Positions 56,592-59,893 of a stretch of DNA of 59,893 nt are shown piece by piece; the stretch's first letter is position 1, and every line of letters starts with the position of its first letter. The stretch spans positions 1 through 59,893 of the forward strand of contig CAZBPC010000013.1 in assembly GCA_964493715.1 (NCBI GenBank), read 5' to 3'. The translations under genes were made by a program, and so were the position numbers. The notes below the pieces were generated by a model. The model was not told the origin of the DNA. It did no database searches and saw nothing but the letters and a program-made list of their open reading frames with translations. This DNA comes from an uncultured archaeon. GTDB taxonomy: Archaea; Asgardarchaeota; Lokiarchaeia; Sigyniarchaeales; SOKP01.

Positions 56592-57113
56592 ATGTACGAT
56601 GCAACATTCAAAATAGTAATATTTGGAGACGCGGGTTGTGGAAAAACCACGTTAACTCAGCGATTTTTAACGAATTTATTCGTATCAGATTCCAAAATGA
56701 CGATCGGTGTAGATTTTGAAGTAAAGAGCCTAGTAGTTGATGAATCAAAAGTTAAACTACAAATTTGGGACTTTGGTGGCGAAGAAAGATTCCGATTTTT
56801 GCTTCCAACTTACGTTCGGGGAGCTCGTGGAGGCATTTTTATGTATGATATTACAAATTATTCATCAATAGCACATATTGATGATTGGTTAGCCGTGATA
56901 AAAAGAGAGATAAAAGACGAAGAACAGTTTCCAATAATAGTTGCCGGAGGAAAGGCTGATTTAGCAGAACATCGGGAAGTTTCTGCTAAGGATGGAATCA
57001 AAATCGCGAAATCACGGGGAGTAGATGGTTTTATTGAATGTTCCAGTAAGAACGGAGAAAATGTTGATAAATTATTCGAAGCTCTTACAAGATCAATGAT
57101 AAATAATTCTTAG
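56592..57113 (+). CDS. Rab/Ras-like small GTPase with variant G3/G4
   Basis: GDAGCGKT, TIGVDF, WDFGGEERFR, GKAD, CSSK. Confidence 0.93.
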   Translation: MYDATFKIVIFGDAGCGKTTLTQRFLTNLFVSDSKMTIGVDFEVKSLVVDESKVKLQIWDFGGEERFRFLLPTYVRGARGGIFMYDITNYSSIAHIDDWLAVIKREIKDEEQFPIIVAGGKADLAEHREVSAKDGIKIAKSRGVDGFIECSSKNGENVDKLFEALTRSMINNS

Positions 57114-57119
57114 TACTAA

Positions 57120-57974
57120 TTATTCAAGCGCTTTTTCTTCGTTAGAGTTTAGTGTCTCATTTTTCAATTCTAATTCTTGAAGTCTTTTAATATCTGATCT
57201 CCGACCAAGAACCATCGTTTGAAATTCAATATCTTTCTTATACTTACTCGCAAATTCTAATAAAGTGGTAATCATCTGTTTCTCGTTTTCTTCTTCCTTA
57301 ATATTAATACCACCAAATGTAGGAATTTCTGAAAAGATATCAGAAAGTTCAATTAGAAGATCGTCTGACAAAACATCTGCTCTATCTTTAATGGCCAGAT
57401 CTAAAATCTCAATTAGATCTTGATATCGATCTTGCTTACCAAATTGACAATTTAAGCATTTCATAGCTCGATTTTTTAGAATATATAATGTAATAATTCC
57501 AACTAAGTACTTGAAATTGAAAACAAGTTTATCTTTTTCTTCTTTAATTTCATACTCTTGTATGATTTTATCAGCAATTGAATAAAGACTCGCAAAATAA
57601 ATTGCTCTTTCGAAATAAATAGGATCGATACAAAAGAGCCGAGTAAACCAGAAAGAACTTATGTCTTCTGGAGGGTTTTCTGATAATAGATAGTATACAA
57701 CTCGACCATCCCGCTCCTTATAAAGTGTATTTTCACTCTTAAGCATGTTCAAATACGTAGAGATTGTAGAACGTGCAATTTCCTTGAAATATTTTTTATA
57801 TTCAAATTCTACATCTCTAGTAGTAACTTTTTTCTTCCCTTCAAAATAATACTTTAACATGATGCCTAATATTCGACTTCCATGGAGTCTCCCCGTTTTT
57901 ATACTTTGCTCTTCAGATTCATCCTCTCGAATATTATAAATATCAACAATTTCAGGAGCAACTTCTTGAATCAA
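57120..57974 (-). CDS. Winged-helix transcriptional regulator (start may be ATT at 58007)
   Basis: ARSTISTYLNMLK...KERDGRVVYY wHTH; helical C-terminal domain with CLNC. Confidence 0.75.
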   Translation of the reverse strand: MIQEVAPEIVDIYNIREDESEEQSIKTGRLHGSRILGIMLKYYFEGKKKVTTRDVEFEYKKYFKEIARSTISTYLNMLKSENTLYKERDGRVVYYLLSENPPEDISSFWFTRLFCIDPIYFERAIYFASLYSIADKIIQEYEIKEEKDKLVFNFKYLVGIITLYILKNRAMKCLNCQFGKQDRYQDLIEILDLAIKDRADVLSDDLLIELSDIFSEIPTFGGINIKEEENEKQMITTLLEFASKYKKDIEFQTMVLGRRSDIKRLQELELKNETLNSNEEKALE

Positions 57975-58217
57975 TCGTTCTAAAATATATATATTAAAAT
58001 CAGTAATTTTTCATTCACTCCAATAATTGACTTTCAAACTTATTTAAAATATTAAAAAAATTCTAACTTTTTAATAATTAGTGTTCGATTAGATTAGAGA
58101 ATCAGTGTAAATTGATCGAAATAATATCTATTAAAAAAGTGCTTTATGCTTTAGAGTAATTAAAAATTTAATAAAATAAAAAATAAAAAATCAGGAATTA
58201 TAAGAGCAATCATATAT

Positions 58218-59891
58218 TTAAGAATCCTGATGCTTTTCTTTCCAGATTGGATCGTTAATTTGGAGGATCCTGCGTTGAACCTTACCGAGTACATTTTTGG
58301 GAACTTCAGGAATGAACTCAATTATGGCTGGACATTTCCATTTCGTCAAATTTTCAAGAACCCAATCCATCAATTCTTGTTCCGTGATTTTACCAACATA
58401 TTCTGGTTTTAATTCAACCCATGCCTTAGTAATCTCTCCGACTTTTCCAGCGGGATCAGGCAATCCAGAAACTGCAGCTTCTGAAACAGCTTCATGTTTC
58501 ATTATCATGGATTCAACTTCTTTTGGAAATACTGAGTGACCAGCAACTTTAATTAGTTGCTTTTTACGATCCTTTATTTCAATCGTACCATCTTCATTCA
58601 TGAAACCAATATCTCCAGTTAATAACCATAGTTTTCCATCATAATTCTTGATCGTGTCATCACTTTCCTCCTTTTGATTCAAGTATTCATACATTACTTG
58701 AGGTCCGTTGACACAAATCTCTCCAGTAAATTCTTCACCAAAATTTTTATCATTAGGGTTCCCTAAACAAATTGGACCTGCGTTAAAATCATCAGCAGGC
58801 CAGATTCCCCATAGAGTTCCTGGAAATGGCATTCCAATTGTCCCAAGGGGACTTTCACCAAATAAACTTCCTGCACTTACAACTGGAGTTGCTTCAGAAA
58901 GCCCATATCCTTCAACTATCCGTCCTCCTGTATTTTTCTCGAATGCATCTCTGACTGGCGCATGAAGAGGACCAGCTCCAGAAACACTAAGTTTAAGCTT
59001 ACCCATCAAATTTGGATATTTTTCAAGATGTGGGAAATCAGCAATCCTCTTGAAAAGGATTTCAGCTCCAGCATATAATAAACCTTCAGGAGCGTCCATT
59101 TCTTCAATATGTTCCAAGAGTTCTTCTGTTGGAGGTGGTGACGGGAACATAAAGATCCACCCTCCTAAAGCGACTGTGGCGTGCATGACTACGGTATGAC
59201 CAAAACTATGGAAAAATGGAAGAACACCTAGATTTCCAATACCTGGATTTTCTCCACCAAACCAAGCTTGGCACTGTAAAGTATTTGATACTATATTAAA
59301 GTGAGTTAATACAGCTGCTTTAGGCAAGCCTGTGGTCCCTCCAGTCATGATATATGTAGCAGGATGTGTTTTTACATCGATATTGACTTTTGGAACGTTT
59401 GGTTCAGTATCTAATAAAGTCATGAACTTATGTGCATTAGGAACGTTTACTTTTCCTTTGGGAATCTTTCCTACTAATTTGCCTAAGATCCTCTTAAATC
59501 CTAAACCGTGAGCTAAATCTGCTAAATTAGTAGAAATGTAAATCTCTATATTAGTTTTTTCTATTATAGATTCTATACATGGTAGATTAAATTTAATTCG
59601 ACTTTTACTCTTCTCATCGAACATGGCATCATATGCAATCAAAACTTTTGCATTAGTCATGGTTAATTGATGCAAAATTTCCAAAGGTTTAAAGGTAGGA
59701 TTTACTCCTGTTGTAATAGCTCCAATTTTCACTGCTGCGAAATAGGCAACAACATATTGGATGCAATTTCCCATCAGTAAAGCTACAACGTCTCCCTTTT
59801 TAACATTTAGATTACTGAGAGCCGTAGCAAATCGATCCACATAACCTTGAAATTCTTCGTAGGTTACCACCGTATCTAAAAACCAAATGAA
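58218..59891 (-). CDS. Long-chain acyl-CoA synthetase (AMP-binding); 5' end outside window
   Basis: TGGTTGLPK, EGYGLSE, GPQVM, TGDIG, DRKKQLI, PKNVLGK; frame open to the window edge. Confidence 0.95.
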   Translation of the reverse strand, partial: FIWFLDTVVTYEEFQGYVDRFATALSNLNVKKGDVVALLMGNCIQYVVAYFAAVKIGAITTGVNPTFKPLEILHQLTMTNAKVLIAYDAMFDEKSKSRIKFNLPCIESIIEKTNIEIYISTNLADLAHGLGFKRILGKLVGKIPKGKVNVPNAHKFMTLLDTEPNVPKVNIDVKTHPATYIMTGGTTGLPKAAVLTHFNIVSNTLQCQAWFGGENPGIGNLGVLPFFHSFGHTVVMHATVALGGWIFMFPSPPPTEELLEHIEEMDAPEGLLYAGAEILFKRIADFPHLEKYPNLMGKLKLSVSGAGPLHAPVRDAFEKNTGGRIVEGYGLSEATPVVSAGSLFGESPLGTIGMPFPGTLWGIWPADDFNAGPICLGNPNDKNFGEEFTGEICVNGPQVMYEYLNQKEESDDTIKNYDGKLWLLTGDIGFMNEDGTIEIKDRKKQLIKVAGHSVFPKEVESMIMKHEAVSEAAVSGLPDPAGKVGEITKAWVELKPEYVGKITEQELMDWVLENLTKWKCPAIIEFIPEVPKNVLGKVQRRILQINDPIWKEKHQDS

Positions 59892-59893
59892 CT

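Noticed and set aside
746-58965. Numerous 60-130 aa ORFs antisense to or nested in long genes (e.g. 746..931, 16674..16994, 31601..31987, 38880..39107, 44737..45126)
   Set aside because: They overlap well-supported genes on the opposite strand or in another frame and show no motifs
1-59893. Transposases, integrases, prophage genes, CRISPR arrays, rRNA or tRNA genes
   Set aside because: None recognised by eye; a tRNAscan/Infernal run would be needed to exclude highly atypical RNAs

Overview
AT-rich, gene-dense chromosomal segment of an Asgard archaeon, most likely Lokiarchaeia. The assignment is inferred from archaeal information-processing genes (aIF2-gamma, TFS, TBP, Cdc48, ArgRS, deoxyhypusine synthase, PSTK) occurring with eukaryotic-signature-type proteins: ribosomal eL22, four Rab/Ras-like small GTPases, longin-like and V4R/Bet3-like domains, and a possible gelsolin-like domain. 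Metabolic genes include form III RuBisCO with ribose-1,5-bisphosphate isomerase, tetraether lipid synthase (Tes), a Tat-less reductive-dehalogenase-like protein, a PadR plus heterodimeric ABC exporter locus, and sugar-modifying enzymes. I saw no rRNA, tRNA, CRISPR array or transposase. The main observations are: (1) a protein made of 12 exact 35-aa repeats resembling nebulin actin-binding modules; (2) an unannotated 146-nt GC-rich multi-stem RNA candidate with Sm-site-like U-tracts; (3) a ~270-aa Met/Gly-rich insertion inside an ABC ATPase domain; (4) genes that appear to start at non-canonical codons behind good SD motifs, including a 211-aa longin/wHTH gene missing from the ORF track; (5) a duplication-deletion scar of a hydrolase plus radical-SAM unit; (6) a V4R gene split by an in-frame TAA. 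All family calls come from motif recognition by eye; no searches were run.
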